Below are positions 13,423-25,760 of a stretch of 64,000 nucleotides of DNA, piece by piece. The translations under genes and the position numbers were made by a program. The DNA is from Chrysomallon squamiferum. Taxonomy: Eukaryota > Animalia > Mollusca. The notes beneath the pieces were generated by a model. It was not told the origin of the DNA. It ran no database searches and saw only the letters and a program-made list of their open reading frames with translations. The stretch spans positions 32,860,001 to 32,924,000 of the forward strand of contig CM022672.1 of assembly GCA_012295275.1 (NCBI GenBank), in the 5' to 3' direction. Positions within the stretch are counted from its first letter, which is position 1. Each line of letters begins with the position of its first letter.

Positions 13423-15038
13423 TCAGTTGTGTAAGTGATCCAGTGATTCTAGGGTCTGAAATGAAATACGTAACTTTATTTACAATATTTATTTATTTAT
13501 TTTGTTAGTTAGTAAGGTGGGTTTATTTTTTTGTTGTTGTTTACATTTTTTTTTTTTTTTTTTTTTTACTTATTATTATTTAATACGTATCATGAATATA
13601 AATCATAGCAACTTCTATTTTTTTTCTTTGAAGATTGTCATTTTAACAATTACTGCTATATATATATGTGAAATTCACATATACGAAAATATATATATTT
13701 GTATACGTGTATTTTTCAGTTTAATGGTTTGGTGTTATCACTTGTAAATTTGGTTATCTTCGATTAACACTACTGGTCATATTTGTGTTTTTACTTACCG
13801 TGGTCCAGAAATGAACAAACTCGGTTTCCGTAACTTCTCCGTCATCTGAAAGAGTTTACGAGAAAAGCTAGCGTCGTTTTCAGTCGTCTTCAAATTATTT
13901 TTCAAAGTAAACATTTAATGGCTGTCAAACTAGAATCCTTTCACCACTAGAGCAACTCGACTGTGTGGAAAGCAGGCAAAAGTCTGGGTTAACCCGTACG
14001 ACAGACTTAATACTGTGAGTGCGTGTGAGAGTGTTCGTGCGCGCGTTTGGTTGTGCGTGTCCGAGCGCGCGTGGATGTAAATGTTATGTGAATGTGTTAT
14101 AAAATAAAGCCAGTAATGTAAGCATCAATATCGTCAAATTAAATAAATAATAGTACAAACAAACCGTCTGAGTCTATGAGTTTAAAAAGGTGTTCATAAT
14201 CCCACAAGTCTAGATGATTGTCTTTGTCCATATCGTAAATATCGTAAAGCGCATGCGTCAGCTGATGGAGTTCTGGTAACATATGGTCTTCGTATTCTGT
14301 GTATTCTTTTCTGGTCACTCGTTGATTACCTGGATAATTAGTTAATTAAGCAGAGATAATAATCATAATGATGATATACATCTAAAACAATTTAAAAATT
14401 TTATATATTTTTTTTTTCAGTATTCCATCAGGGGAAATAACTCTATTTTTAGTTGTCTAATTGTTCTGGGAAGCGAGTATTAATAATAAATGCTCAGAAA
14501 CAATGTACAGGTTTCACACGCGAAGACGCATGCACACGCACACATACAGACATACACAAACATGTATGATTTTATGTATCACTCTATTTACATATGTTGT
14601 TGTTTATATTAATAATACTAATGTAATCGTAGCAGTAGTAGCCGGAGTAGTAGTATGTAGCTCTGAAATAATAATATTAGAATTAAAAATCAGTATAGTA
14701 ATAGCAGTAGTAATGTTCTAGTACTTGTAGTAGTAGTAGTAGAAGTACGTAATTCATATATTAGCAACAAAAGCAGTAGAAGAAATTGGCAGTTCTCGAC
14801 TAATACTACTAGTATAAAAGTAGTAAATAGTAGTAATTGTAGAAGCATGTAGTACGGGAGTAGCAGTATTACTAGTAACAGTAGAACAGTAGCGGTAGTC
14901 TGACATTTTGTATTACCATCTACGTCATAATGGCGGAATGACAATTCAAGCTCAAACTGAGTAAACACCTTGTCACCGTTGAAGTCGTAGGCTAAAAACA
15001 TGTATTTGGCGTACTCGTTGGACGGTCGCAAGTTTGTC
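13423..15038 (-). CDS. EF-hand calcium-binding protein, gene B (4 EF-hand-like loops; mollusc CaBP / shell-matrix EF-hand type), exons 2-5
   Basis: Phase-consistent GT-AG exons: 15038-14917 (TNLRPSNEYAKYMFLAYDFNGDKVFTQFELELSFRHYDVD), 14329-14165 (GNQRVTRKEYTEYEDHMLPELHQLTHALYDIYDMDKDNHLDLWDYEHLFKLIDSD), 13845-13799 (DDGEVTETEFVHFWTT), 13455-13423 (TLESLDHLHN*). AATAAA at 13416-13411. Confidence 0.9.
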
Positions 15039-15070
15039 CTGAAAAAATAAAAAATAAAATAAAAAAGACA

Positions 15071-15124
<54 letters not shown>

Positions 15125-15677
15125 TAAAAATAAATAAAACACTGTTATGTTATGTTGCTGCTACTGTTTTGTCTTTTTATTTTTAATTGTTCTATATATT
15201 TAAGTGCTAGTCTTTTTTGCTTGATTGATTCTTTGTTTATTAATGCGTGTTTCGCTCGTGTTTACGGTTATACTGACTATCAGGTAATACATATTTTGTC
15301 TGTTTGTATGTCTGCCTCAGTATGTGCATATGTCTGTGTGTCTCTATTCACATGTATGTGTAAACATGTCTAAATCGTATTCTGAGAGTGGTTGTCTTTC
15401 AGGACTTTTCTACATAAATATGTAAAATTTACAGATTTTTTATTTTATATTTTGTGTGTACGTATGTCTCCGTACGTAAACCAGTGCGTTTGTATGTGCG
15501 TGCGTGTGTGCGTTTACGTAATTTTGTGTGAGTAGTTTCTAAATATTTATAATATTCAATTTCCGAAACAAACTGACAGTTGAAAGGTTTTTGTGGTGAG
15601 AAGTAGAGATGCGAAAACAGAAATACTAATGTAAATCTTCTTCCATTCATACTCTTTTTCTTCTTTTTCTTCCAATA

Positions 15678-15750
<73 letters not shown>

Positions 15751-15823
15751 TTTTTTTTTTTTTTTTTTTTTTAATTTTTTTTTATATATATAAATACGTT
15801 AAATTCGAAGTAAATCTACTTAC

Positions 15824-15943
15824 AGGCGTTTTGGTGAGTTCAGACTTTGACGTCTGCTCGTGTGTTTCACCCAGGTGTTGTCTCGCGACACTCCTCGTAG
15901 ACATTTTTTTGATAACAGAAGATAATAAACTGAAAACTAACAT
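15824..15943 (-). CDS. Probable first coding exon of EF-hand gene B (signal/propeptide; one base out of phase)
   Basis: Reads MLVFSLLSSVIKKMSTRSVARQHLGETHEQTSKSELTK.. and ends at a consensus donor CT|GTAAGT (15823). Joining to the next exon needs removal of one A (in the A7 or A4 run), giving ..KR-L-TNLRP. The ATG lies in the last satellite monomer. Confidence 0.55.
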
Positions 15944-16633
15944 CTCAAAACCACGGTCCAGTGTAACCAAATCAGATGATAAAAGAAACAAACTAAGAAC
16001 TAAAATCTCAAAACCACGATCCAATGTAACCACAGCAGACGATAAAACAAACTAAAACAAATCCAATGTAACCACAGCAGACGATAAAACAAACTAAAAA
16101 CTAACATCTCAAAACCACGGTCCAATTTAACTAGAGCAGACGATAAAAGAAACAAACTAAAAACTAACATCTCAAAACCACGATCCAATGTAACCACAGC
16201 AGACGATAAAACAAACAAACTAAAAACTAACATCTCAAAACCACGATCCAATGTAACCACAGCAGACGATAAAACAAACAAACTAAAAACTAACATCTCA
16301 AAACCACGATCAATGTAAACAGCAACAAACAAACTAAAACTAACATCTCAAAACCACGATCCAATGTAACCACAGCAGACGATAAAACAAACAAACTAAA
16401 AACTAACATCTCAAAAACGATCCAATGTTAAAACAAACATTTCCAAACCTCAAATGTAAAACCAAACTAAAAACTTCAATCTCAAAACCACAATCCAATG
16501 TAACCACAGCAGAAGATAAAACAAACAAACTAAAAGCTGAGATATCAAAACCACGATCCAATGTAAAATGTAGAGGATAACAGAAACAAACTAAATAGTG
16601 AGATCTCGAAACCGCTACCAAGATTAAACGTAG
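15912..16633 (-). repeat. 63-bp satellite array (~11 monomers) with a diverged head unit
   Basis: Monomer aaactaaaaactaacatctcaaaaccacgatccaatgtaaccacagcagacgataaaacaaac. Minus strand reads (TLDRGFEMLVFSLFVLSSAVV)n. Same family as 58430-64000. Confidence 0.95.
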
Positions 16634-16953
16634 GTGTTGATCATCATCACTGTGTTCCTAACTTTCGCCATATATACACGCATACACAAACACGCGCGCA
16701 CACGCACGTACATTCAGAAATAGACATAGACATGCTCACACACAGAAATATATACAAACTTACAGACACACAGAGAGTCACAAACACATACAAACATTTT
16801 AAAAATAATTTAACTGTATTGTAAAATGTAATATATAAAAAATAATATTTAGACATTTTTATTTTCTTCTTTGCTGAGTGAATTGAGAAGACAATTACAG
16901 ACTTCAGTGTGTTATTACTTTATTTCCCACTGCAGTGTGACATTCTGCACATG

Positions 16954-17093
16954 TCAGTTATTGTGAAAATAATCCAGATGCTGTCCTTCGTTCTGAATAG
17001 TGCTGGTAGCCTGAAGTACCTGATAATTAAACAATGTCAAGATGAGAAAGAGGTATTGAGTATTAATGTATTTCTTAATTAAATGGTGTGTTT

Positions 17094-17184
<91 letters not shown>

Positions 17185-17212
17185 ATAAACACACACACAC
17201 AGACAGACATAA

Positions 17213-17247
<35 letters not shown>

Positions 17248-17288
17248 CATAAATAAACACACACACACACAGAGACAGACAGAAATAA

Positions 17289-17367
<79 letters not shown>

Positions 17368-17394
17368 TAAATAAACACACACACAGACAGACAT

Positions 17395-17484
<90 letters not shown>

Positions 17485-18082
17485 AAAATAAAAGTAAACG
17501 TTTAAGTCATTTTATTCTCCCACTATATATACACTCTATACAGAATTGTTTACGTAAATAAGAAATATATTTTAATACAGGTACCGGACCAATTATCCGG
17601 CATCCTGAAATCCGGAAAGACCAGAAAACCGGAAGTTTTTATACCGACGCTCTTTCCATAGTTCGCGCACGTTGGTGTTGTCCTCGTCAGACCGGAACTA
17701 CTCTTTCAAGCCGCGTGGCGTTCATTCACTCGCCGCATTGTTTACGTGTCGAATCGCCACAGTTGTGTATGGTCAATTTTCTTTATGTTTTTAATTTTAA
17801 AATGTTTATGCCTAATTACGTACGTATTTAGATGTCTTGGTACCAGAAAACCGGAACATCAAGAAATCAGGAATGCCTCAGGCCCCAAGGAGTCCGGATA
17901 ATTGGTCCGGAACCTGTACATCTTAATACTCACCTGATGCGAAAATGTAATGAAATCTGACTTATTTACGATACCGTCGCCTGTAAAAATTAGTTACAAT
18001 TATTATTATTTTTTTATTACGTCACGATATTAATGCATACATAATATTACATATTTTAAATTGTGAAGTTTATTTATTTATT

Positions 18083-18137
<55 letters not shown>

Positions 18138-18390
18138 TAAGGTTTACATTTCGTAAAACGCAGTTTAATAGAAAAGCCAGCTAAAATATAAACATATTTT
18201 CGTAACAATTATTTTCTTTTCTTACCATCTTTGTCCATTTTTGTGTAGAGTCCATGATAATCGTTGTGGTTGAAGTAGTGGTCGCCATTCACGTCGAATA
18301 TGTCGAAGAGAGCGGTAAGATATTGATGTATGTGTTCATTGAGCGATTCCACGTGATTCACGTATTCACGACGCGTGATCGTTCCATCAC
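16954..18390 (-). CDS. EF-hand calcium-binding protein, gene A (last three exons; 5' exons not found)
   Basis: Exons 18390-18226 (165 nt; DGTITRREYVNHVESLNEHIHQYLTALFDIFDVNGDHYFNHNDYHGLYTKMDKD), 17980-17934 (47 nt; GDGIVNKSDFITFSHQ), 17019-16954 (VLQATSTIQNEGQHLDYFHNN*). The 165- and 47-nt exon sizes and phases are identical to gene B. AATAAA at 16924-16919. Confidence 0.88.
17090..17478. repeat. Compound (GT)n/(AG)n microsatellite with a repeated spacer
   Basis: (AG)n tracts separated by repeated ataaataaacacacacac-agacagac spacers, in the last intron of gene A. Confidence 0.95.
17578..17916. mobile_element. Tc1/mariner-pogo(Tigger)-type MITE in an intron of EF-hand gene A
   Basis: TIRs caggtaccggaccaattatccgg ... 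ccggataattggtccggaacctg, TA on both sides (17576-17577, 17917-17918), internal repeats of gaaaaccgga. Confidence 0.9.
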
Positions 18391-18421
18391 CTAAAAACAA
18401 ATATAAAATGTTTCCATTTAT

Positions 18422-18523
<102 letters not shown>

Positions 18524-19074
18524 GTGAAATAAAAAAAATATATATATACTTTATAAAAGAGTTATGAAATTGGTGAGAAATTCCCAGGCTAACTTTAATC
18601 TATTATGAACAAAACCTTGAAACATCCGGATCTGTGTAGATCAAGAGTTAAAGAATGTTTTATACAGTAATTATGATTGTCTACAACGGCACACAGTTAT
18701 TTCAAGTACGATCATTTCTTAAACAATGACAACAATTAGCACGTAATTAAACTATCGCGTGCACAAGATGAAATGATCGCACTTTGTGAAATCTTAATAA
18801 ACAATGATTGCCAAGCTTCTTGTAATCACTATACGTGGTATCCTCCCAACAGTCACATGGTCAGTAGTCATACAGTTTGGAAAGCAGTCAAGCAGTAAGT
18901 AAGCTGGGCACCCCTGTGTGGAGAATGATCAACTAGTCTTGGCTGTGTCTCACTGCTAACTGTTGTAATCACAACTCCGGTGGGAAGCTGATTAAGTGTG
19001 AACCAAACCTTGACCTGTGTTGTTATGAGCTGTATGACAAATAAGCCTATGACTAATGGGAGGTAACCCTATAC

Positions 19075-19385
19075 CACTGGTTTTCAACCTTTTTCATACC
19101 GCGACCCCTTATTAGAAACTCAGTATGACCGATGACCCTCTTTAAAATGTTTGATTCAATAATATCTAGGGTTACCTTATTTTCATCAAACAAAGACAGT
19201 ACAAAAGGAATCTATATTCACTATGACGGGTCCCAAACCTATTTACTCGTTTTTATTTATTTCTCCTTCCAAGTCAAGTTGTACAAAACTAACACATACC
19301 CTGCCTGAAGAACGATCTCACAATCCCCAGAAAAAAAGTCTGGCGACCCCTCTAGAGGTCATGACCCTCAGGTTGAAAACCTATG
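19075..19385. mobile_element. hAT-type MITE, copy 2
   Basis: TIRs cactggttttcaacct ... aggttgaaaacctatg; 8-bp TSD ccctatac/ccctttac. Confidence 0.88.
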
Positions 19386-19739
19386 CCCTTTACGCAGCTA
19401 AATGAACGAGATCATTGTTAGTGTGTTAATACGTAAGTGAATTCACTCAGTTAGATTAAGTGTCAAAACTATGAGGCACATATGCTTTCTTTTATTGAAT
19501 TCGTCGCAACGCGACCTAAAAAACGGGAAAGTATCGAACTTTCAAATGCCACGCTATTGTCACAAACATAAAATTAAACAACAAAATGTATACATCGATG
19601 TTTTGTTTTTAATACAAAAGCGCTGTTAGCAAATTAGTCCATACAGAACGTGTTAAGGCAATTATGTTATTTATCGTGTGAATCTCAATTAAATTAATTC
19701 GTATACAAGTTTAGCAGAACTGTGTTTATTGTCAGACTC

Positions 19740-19881
19740 TAATCACAACAGTAAACAAAACATTTGACAGAAATAACGAAAGTCCGCTGACTGGTCGCAG
19801 AATGTGACAAGGAGATCATCGGACAAAATGGAGGCAAGATGTATCCATAGATTTAACTTTCAGGAAATCTGTTTCAAATAA

Positions 19882-19920
<39 letters not shown>

Positions 19921-20320
19921 AAAGAAGGCGACTAGACTTTGCCGCTAGTTAATATTAAGACGAAGTCGATCCCTCGCTTGAACCCTGCCAATACAATTTA
20001 AAAAACGAAGTCAGGAAATATTTAACATTATAAAACATAGTGACAGTTACCAACAGTTGTACGAAACTACGAATTAAAAAATCTGAATAAATTGACGATA
20101 CACACAGTGATCCATTGACCGAACTTTCTTACACTGATGTTCTTAAAATGATAAAACAAATTAAATCTTTCGCTGCTTCTACCGACAGCAGATTTAGCAA
20201 TCGATGTTAAACATGGAGGCCATGACAGAGAAGTTTGTTTTGGAGAGAAACACGAAAAGAAAAAGTAGAAAAAAGAAAGAAACACACTCGTCGATGACAG
20301 ACTGTTTCTCAAATGACACT
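19740..20320 (+). mobile_element. Possible decayed pogo/Tigger transposase C-terminus
   Basis: Segment absent from the paralogous block. Fragments IDDTHSDPLTELSYTDVLKMIKQIKSFA and KKETHSSMTDCF resemble the acidic-helix and KQxxIxDFF tail of Tigger transposases. Weak. Confidence 0.3.
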
Positions 20321-20644
20321 TGATAGACGCTTAACAATAACATTAGAAATAAAATATATTTCGTGTCATTTTAATTTGTACAAGTCGGCACAATCTTTAA
20401 AACGGCGTATGCACAGTCACAAACACACACACACAAACACATATCAATACGCATTTTCTCTGTCTAGCACACAAATACATTGATTCAAACTTTCTTAAAC
20501 ATATAAATACCCTCAAACACACACACACATCTAAATGTCATTCATAAACACACAACAATATACATACACATATGCACACGCGCACAAACACATATATATC
20601 AATATCTATCTACCTATCTCTCTCTGTATCTATGTATATATGTT

Positions 20645-20700
<56 letters not shown>

Positions 20701-20865
20701 CACACACATATATGTGTGCGTTTGTGTGTGTGTATATATACAGAGAGAAAAGATAGATATAATACACACATCTAATCACACATAACTATTTCTTAAGCCT
20801 ACGTGCATACGTAGTACATTCGAACATATATAAAAGCATACATACAAACATACACACAAGTAGGT

Positions 20866-21000
20866 TGATGAACTTGTAGTTGTCAATGTTTCTAGTAGTT
20901 CACACTCAGTATGTTGATAAACTTGTAGTGAGAGTGTGTCTAGTAGTTCACACTAAGTATGCTGATAAACTAATAGTGACAATGTTTCTAGTAGTGGCAC
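20866..21000. repeat. Degenerate 48-bp tandem repeat (about 3 units)
   Basis: Units of the form gataaacttgtagtgacaatgtttctagtagttcacact; more numerous decayed units at ~52610-52940. Confidence 0.7.
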
Positions 21001-21154
21001 ATTAACAATCAGTTCTTACATAAGAAGATTGAGAAGAAGAAATAACAACACGTTTGTTTTAAATTACAGTCAGATTTATTTACTAATCTACAATGTCACA
21101 TACAAGTTTGTGAACCTTAACATCATAATGTGATGAATTTTATATAACTTTGAA

Positions 21155-21185
<31 letters not shown>

Positions 21186-21849
21186 TGCTATCCTTTTTCT
21201 TAAAATGAATTTACTTTTAGTCTGTTTTACATTTTACAGAAATATAATGCAATGACTGAGGATATATTTGAGTAAACCGACCACTTTTGTTAATATATTA
21301 TCAGTTTTAAATTTAAATCACCTTCTTCGACAAAGAAATAAATTACAAGCACACATTTGTGTTTTTTACAGAAACTGTGTATTTGATATGTTGCTGTGTG
21401 TATTTGTATGTATCAGTTTGTGTTTGTGTGTCGGTGTGTGGTTTTGAGTGTAGGTGTTTCATTGAGTGCGAGCGTGTGCGAGCGTGTTACTGTTAAAACA
21501 AAACAAAATCATTGCAAAATATAATTACTGTATTTTATTTTTATTAGTTGATGCCTTACTTATCTTCCTTTCTTAAAGTTACTCACAGTATATACTATTC
21601 ACCTTTATTTGAAATGTTAAAGCTGTGTGTAATTGAGCTTATGTATGAAACATTTGTTAGTGTGGGTTTTAAAAGATATTGTTTCTGTGTCTTTGATTTT
21701 GTGTGTGTGTTTGTGTATGTACGTATGTGTGTGTAAGTGTTTGTGTTAGAGTATGTATGTGTATGAATATAAAATCAGTCGTTATGTGCGTGTGTATTTA
21801 GGAATATATGTGTGTTTGAGACAGTGACAGACAGTGGAGGCCCGTTTTT

Positions 21850-22200
21850 GTGTATATGTTTGAAAATAAAAATGTTTTGATGTATGTATATGTGTGAAAA
21901 AGAGTGTACGTTTATATGTGTATATATGTATGTGAAAGAGTATACATGTTTATATGCATGTAGAAGTATGTGAAAGTGTATATCTTTATATGTATGTATA
22001 CATGTGAAAGATAATGCACATGTTTATGTGTATGTATATGTGTATGAAAAATAATGTACGTTTATATGTATTTATATATGTGAAAGATAATGTTTATGTT
22101 TATATGAATGTATGTGTTTGAAAGATATAATACAAGTTGTATATTTATGTCTATATGTGAAAGATAGAGTACATGTTTACATGTATGTATGTGAGACATT
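21850..22200. repeat. Degenerate ~30-35-bp TA/TG-rich minisatellite
   Basis: Recurring tatatgtatgtgaaaga..tacatgtt units. Confidence 0.7.
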
Positions 22201-22271
22201 ACGGTCATGCGTTCTATAGTGAAACAGGAGGGGCATTTGTGTCGTTTGTCTGTGCGTGTTTGTATGTAAGA

Positions 22272-22307
<36 letters not shown>

Positions 22308-22362
22308 ATTTACTTATAATTATAATGACGGATTTTAAACAAACGTTGCTAACACCCTAATT

Positions 22363-22430
<68 letters not shown>

Positions 22431-23247
22431 CATCATTATTGTTATTATTAAAATTATTATTATTAGTGGTAGTAGTAGTAGTAGTTGCGGTTTTCTTTAT
22501 AATGTTCATTTTATTGTTTAAATAAAAGGACCACTTATTAAAATTTTGCTTTAAAGTATGTCATAATTATTTTATTTTATTGTTCACTTAGGAAATATGT
22601 TTTAACTTTTAATCAGAATAATTCGTCGCTCGATATATGGGTTGATAGGTCATTACATTACATCATTTCCAGTGCAAATGGGGAAAACCCTGTACAGAAA
22701 TAACTGTCCAATCAAAATATTTGATTTGATCGGCGACATTCGGACTTTTCAAATACCTATAAATAACATTAACATAATAATATGTTGTTTTATTAATCAT
22801 CAACGATTTACTAAACCACTAATACTGAAGAGTATTAATTCAATACTATACTTTTCTTAGCAATCCCACAACTAATAATACTAAAGAAAATAGTACCTGT
22901 GTCTATTTTTAGATGACGCTGCAATCGGTGGCTCCGCCCACTTGGCTGAATTCTTATAACAACTCGCCACTTGTAGACAACATCTGATGGATAAACTGCT
23001 CAAGTTTAAATGTTAGTCATTGAAACTTCATAACAGAATAGTTACCAACAAAACATTGTTGTTACAGTACATACAGAATAGATTAACGCCTACTAAAACA
23101 CGAGAAAACACCGATATGTTTTTCGGTTTTGTTAAAGATTTAAATGCACAAGATGAAAAAATTAACGCCTGAGAACAGAACTAAAACAATGGTACGAAGA
23201 ATTTAATCCTGCTCAGGTAGATCTACAGTTTTTATTTATAATAAAAG

Positions 23248-23412
23248 TTTTGACATGTCTGGTGTCTGGACTGTACCAACAGCCGTATTTAATCCTGCTT
23301 TGTTTTGACATGTCTGGTGTCTGGACAGTACCAACAGCCGTATTTAATCCTGCTCTGTTTTGACATGTCTGGTGTCTGGACAGTACCAACAGCCGTATTT
23401 AATCCTGCTCAG
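23248..23412. repeat. 55-bp tandem repeat x3
   Basis: ttttgacatgtctggtgtctggacagtaccaacagccgtatttaatcctgctctg starting at 23248, 23303 and 23358. Confidence 0.95.
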
Positions 23413-23603
23413 TTTTGAACAAACGTACATGTGTCATTCCACCGAATTTAATTATGTGAAATTCAGTAAAACAATAATAATAGCAATAATGTGAATGTTT
23501 TTTATGTATTTATACTCCTGTGCACTACTGTTTAAATTTTTGAAAATTCACAGAGTTAATCACTGAAAATTAAAATTTAGTTATCTTTAGTTTATCATTT
23601 ATT

Positions 23604-23648
<45 letters not shown>

Positions 23649-23853
23649 TGGTAATTTTTATTAGTTCTGAATATATCTTCATTTATCACAATTTCTTGAT
23701 TTTTATTATCTTTACATATCTGTCATTTTATGTGTTTCTTGTTTCTTGAACAGATTTTTCATCATGATTATTTCTTTGTTTTGACCTAAATTTATGTATT
23801 CAACTATTTATTTATTATTTACTTATTTATGTATTTATTTATTTACTTATTTA

Positions 23854-23916
<63 letters not shown>

Positions 23917-24216
23917 GATTATTATTTATATTTGTTTTGGATTTGAGTATGTACTTTGATTTATTTTGAATAATTTCTTAATTATTTAATGTTTATTTCT
24001 TGGTTTATGGGCTAAAAGTTTCAAAATGTTTTTATTTATTATTATTATTTATTTTTGTTTGGTTCTTTTTTATTCTGCTTTATATTTACCACTTTGGTTT
24101 TAGATTGTGCATTTTTATTTTTATTGTATATTTTGTATGTGAATTTCTTGTATGTTAACTAAACAGATGATTTCTGTTCTTGTTGTTTTGTTTTTACATC
24201 TTGGTTTTTCATTTTG

Positions 24217-24495
24217 CTTACTTCTTTATTCTCACCTAGTTCTGTTTGCTCTGTTGTTAACCTGTGTACATGTGACATCTATTTTCAGATCAAAATGAGA
24301 TATACACAGCTTACTTCTTTATTCTCACCTAGTTCTGTTTGTTCTGTTGTTAACCTCTGTACATGTGACATCTATTTTCAGATCAAAATGAGATATACAC
24401 AGCTTACTTCTTTATTCTCACCTAGTTCTGTTTGCTCTGTTGTTAACCTGTGTACATGTGACATCTATTTTCAGATCAAAATGAGATATACACAG
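24217..24495. repeat. 93-bp tandem repeat x3
   Basis: Near-identical units at 24217, 24310 and 24403, each containing ttttcag|atcaaaatg. Confidence 0.97.
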
Positions 24496-24836
24496 CCACA
24501 CTGCTCTCCCTGTGTAGTAGAACTGATGTCAACATAATTCTGTTACCTATCGTAGATTTAAAAATCAAGTGTCTTAGAAGTGAATTTCAAAAATCTTCTA
24601 ATATCCCCAACAAACTTTACTTTTGGTTTGATTTTACTTCTTGGATTTCTCTAATGTCTTTCACTACTCACCTGGTTATACTAAAGATAGGGTTAAGTGC
24701 TATGGACAGACTTCTGAATTCAGGTTTCATGGATCATGGGATCAAACCTTCCCAGATCTCTTTTCAGTTTATTTCCCATTCAACACTTTATTTTATTATT
24801 TGTTTAATGTCAGCTTGTTGTTATCACTGACAGGAT

Positions 24837-25019
24837 GTAGTAGTAGTAATAGTAGTAGTTGTATTAGTAGTAATAGTGTAGTAATAATAGTAGTAGTAGT
24901 AGTAATAGTAGTAGTAGTAGTAGTAATAGTAGTAGTAGTAATAATAGTAGTAGTAGTAATAGTAGTAGTAGTAGTAATAGTAGTAGTAGTAGTAATAATA
25001 GTAGTAGTAGTAATAATAA

Positions 25020-25064
<45 letters not shown>

Positions 25065-25065
25065 A
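24837..25065. repeat. (TAG/TAA)n microsatellite
   Basis: Long gtagtagtaatagta tract; source of the poly-V and poly-Y ORFs. Confidence 0.95.
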
Positions 25066-25439
25066 CTGACAATTTTAATGCATCTCAGTGCTCACTTTGG
25101 TCAATATCCCATTCCAACTTTATTTAAAATATTTAGCTTGCTGTTACTAAGATGGGAGTAGATGGTTTGAACACTGAATCAAGTCAAACTATGTGACAGG
25201 ATCAGTTCTTCATAATGTTTTATTTTGTTAAGATTAAGGGAAAAAGTAATAGGGAGGAATAATCAGTGTAATAAATATTTCTGGAAAAATAGCATACACA
25301 CTCACAAACACACACAGAAGTATAATTCAGTCTGATATAAAACTAATAAAAAATAATAATGTTACAATAGAACAAAAATTTAGAAGTAATAATGCTAAAA
25401 GGTACTTTTGTGAATTTATAATAAATAATTAAATGTTAG

Positions 25440-25760
25440 CTTTTGACAAAATGTAAAACTTCAGTTGGAATGGGTAAACATTCTCATGAAAATAGAAAAT
25501 GTCATGTTTGTGATCTTCACAAAATTGGAAATGAATATCCTGTATATTTGAATGTGATAATGCTGCATTATTAAAGGTGCAAAAAGGTTTACCTGATAAT
25601 AATCAAGACGTAAGATTAAATTTACATATACTAACAGCAGGAATTACAGGTGTATTACTTAAAGTGCACAGAGATTTAACTGATAATTATACAAGATATA
25701 AAATTATATTCACATATAACAACAGCAAGAATATTGTGTATTAAACAAAAGTAATGTCTG
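25440..25760 (+). mobile_element. Decayed 3' end of a LINE ORF2 (RTE-X/CR1/L2-like), with locally duplicated tail
   Basis: HENRKCHVCDLHKIGNEY / IFECDN matches the R-x-C-xx-C...IGDEFH-x-x-FEC motif at the C-terminus of such RTs. An ~85-bp duplication follows. Confidence 0.55.
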
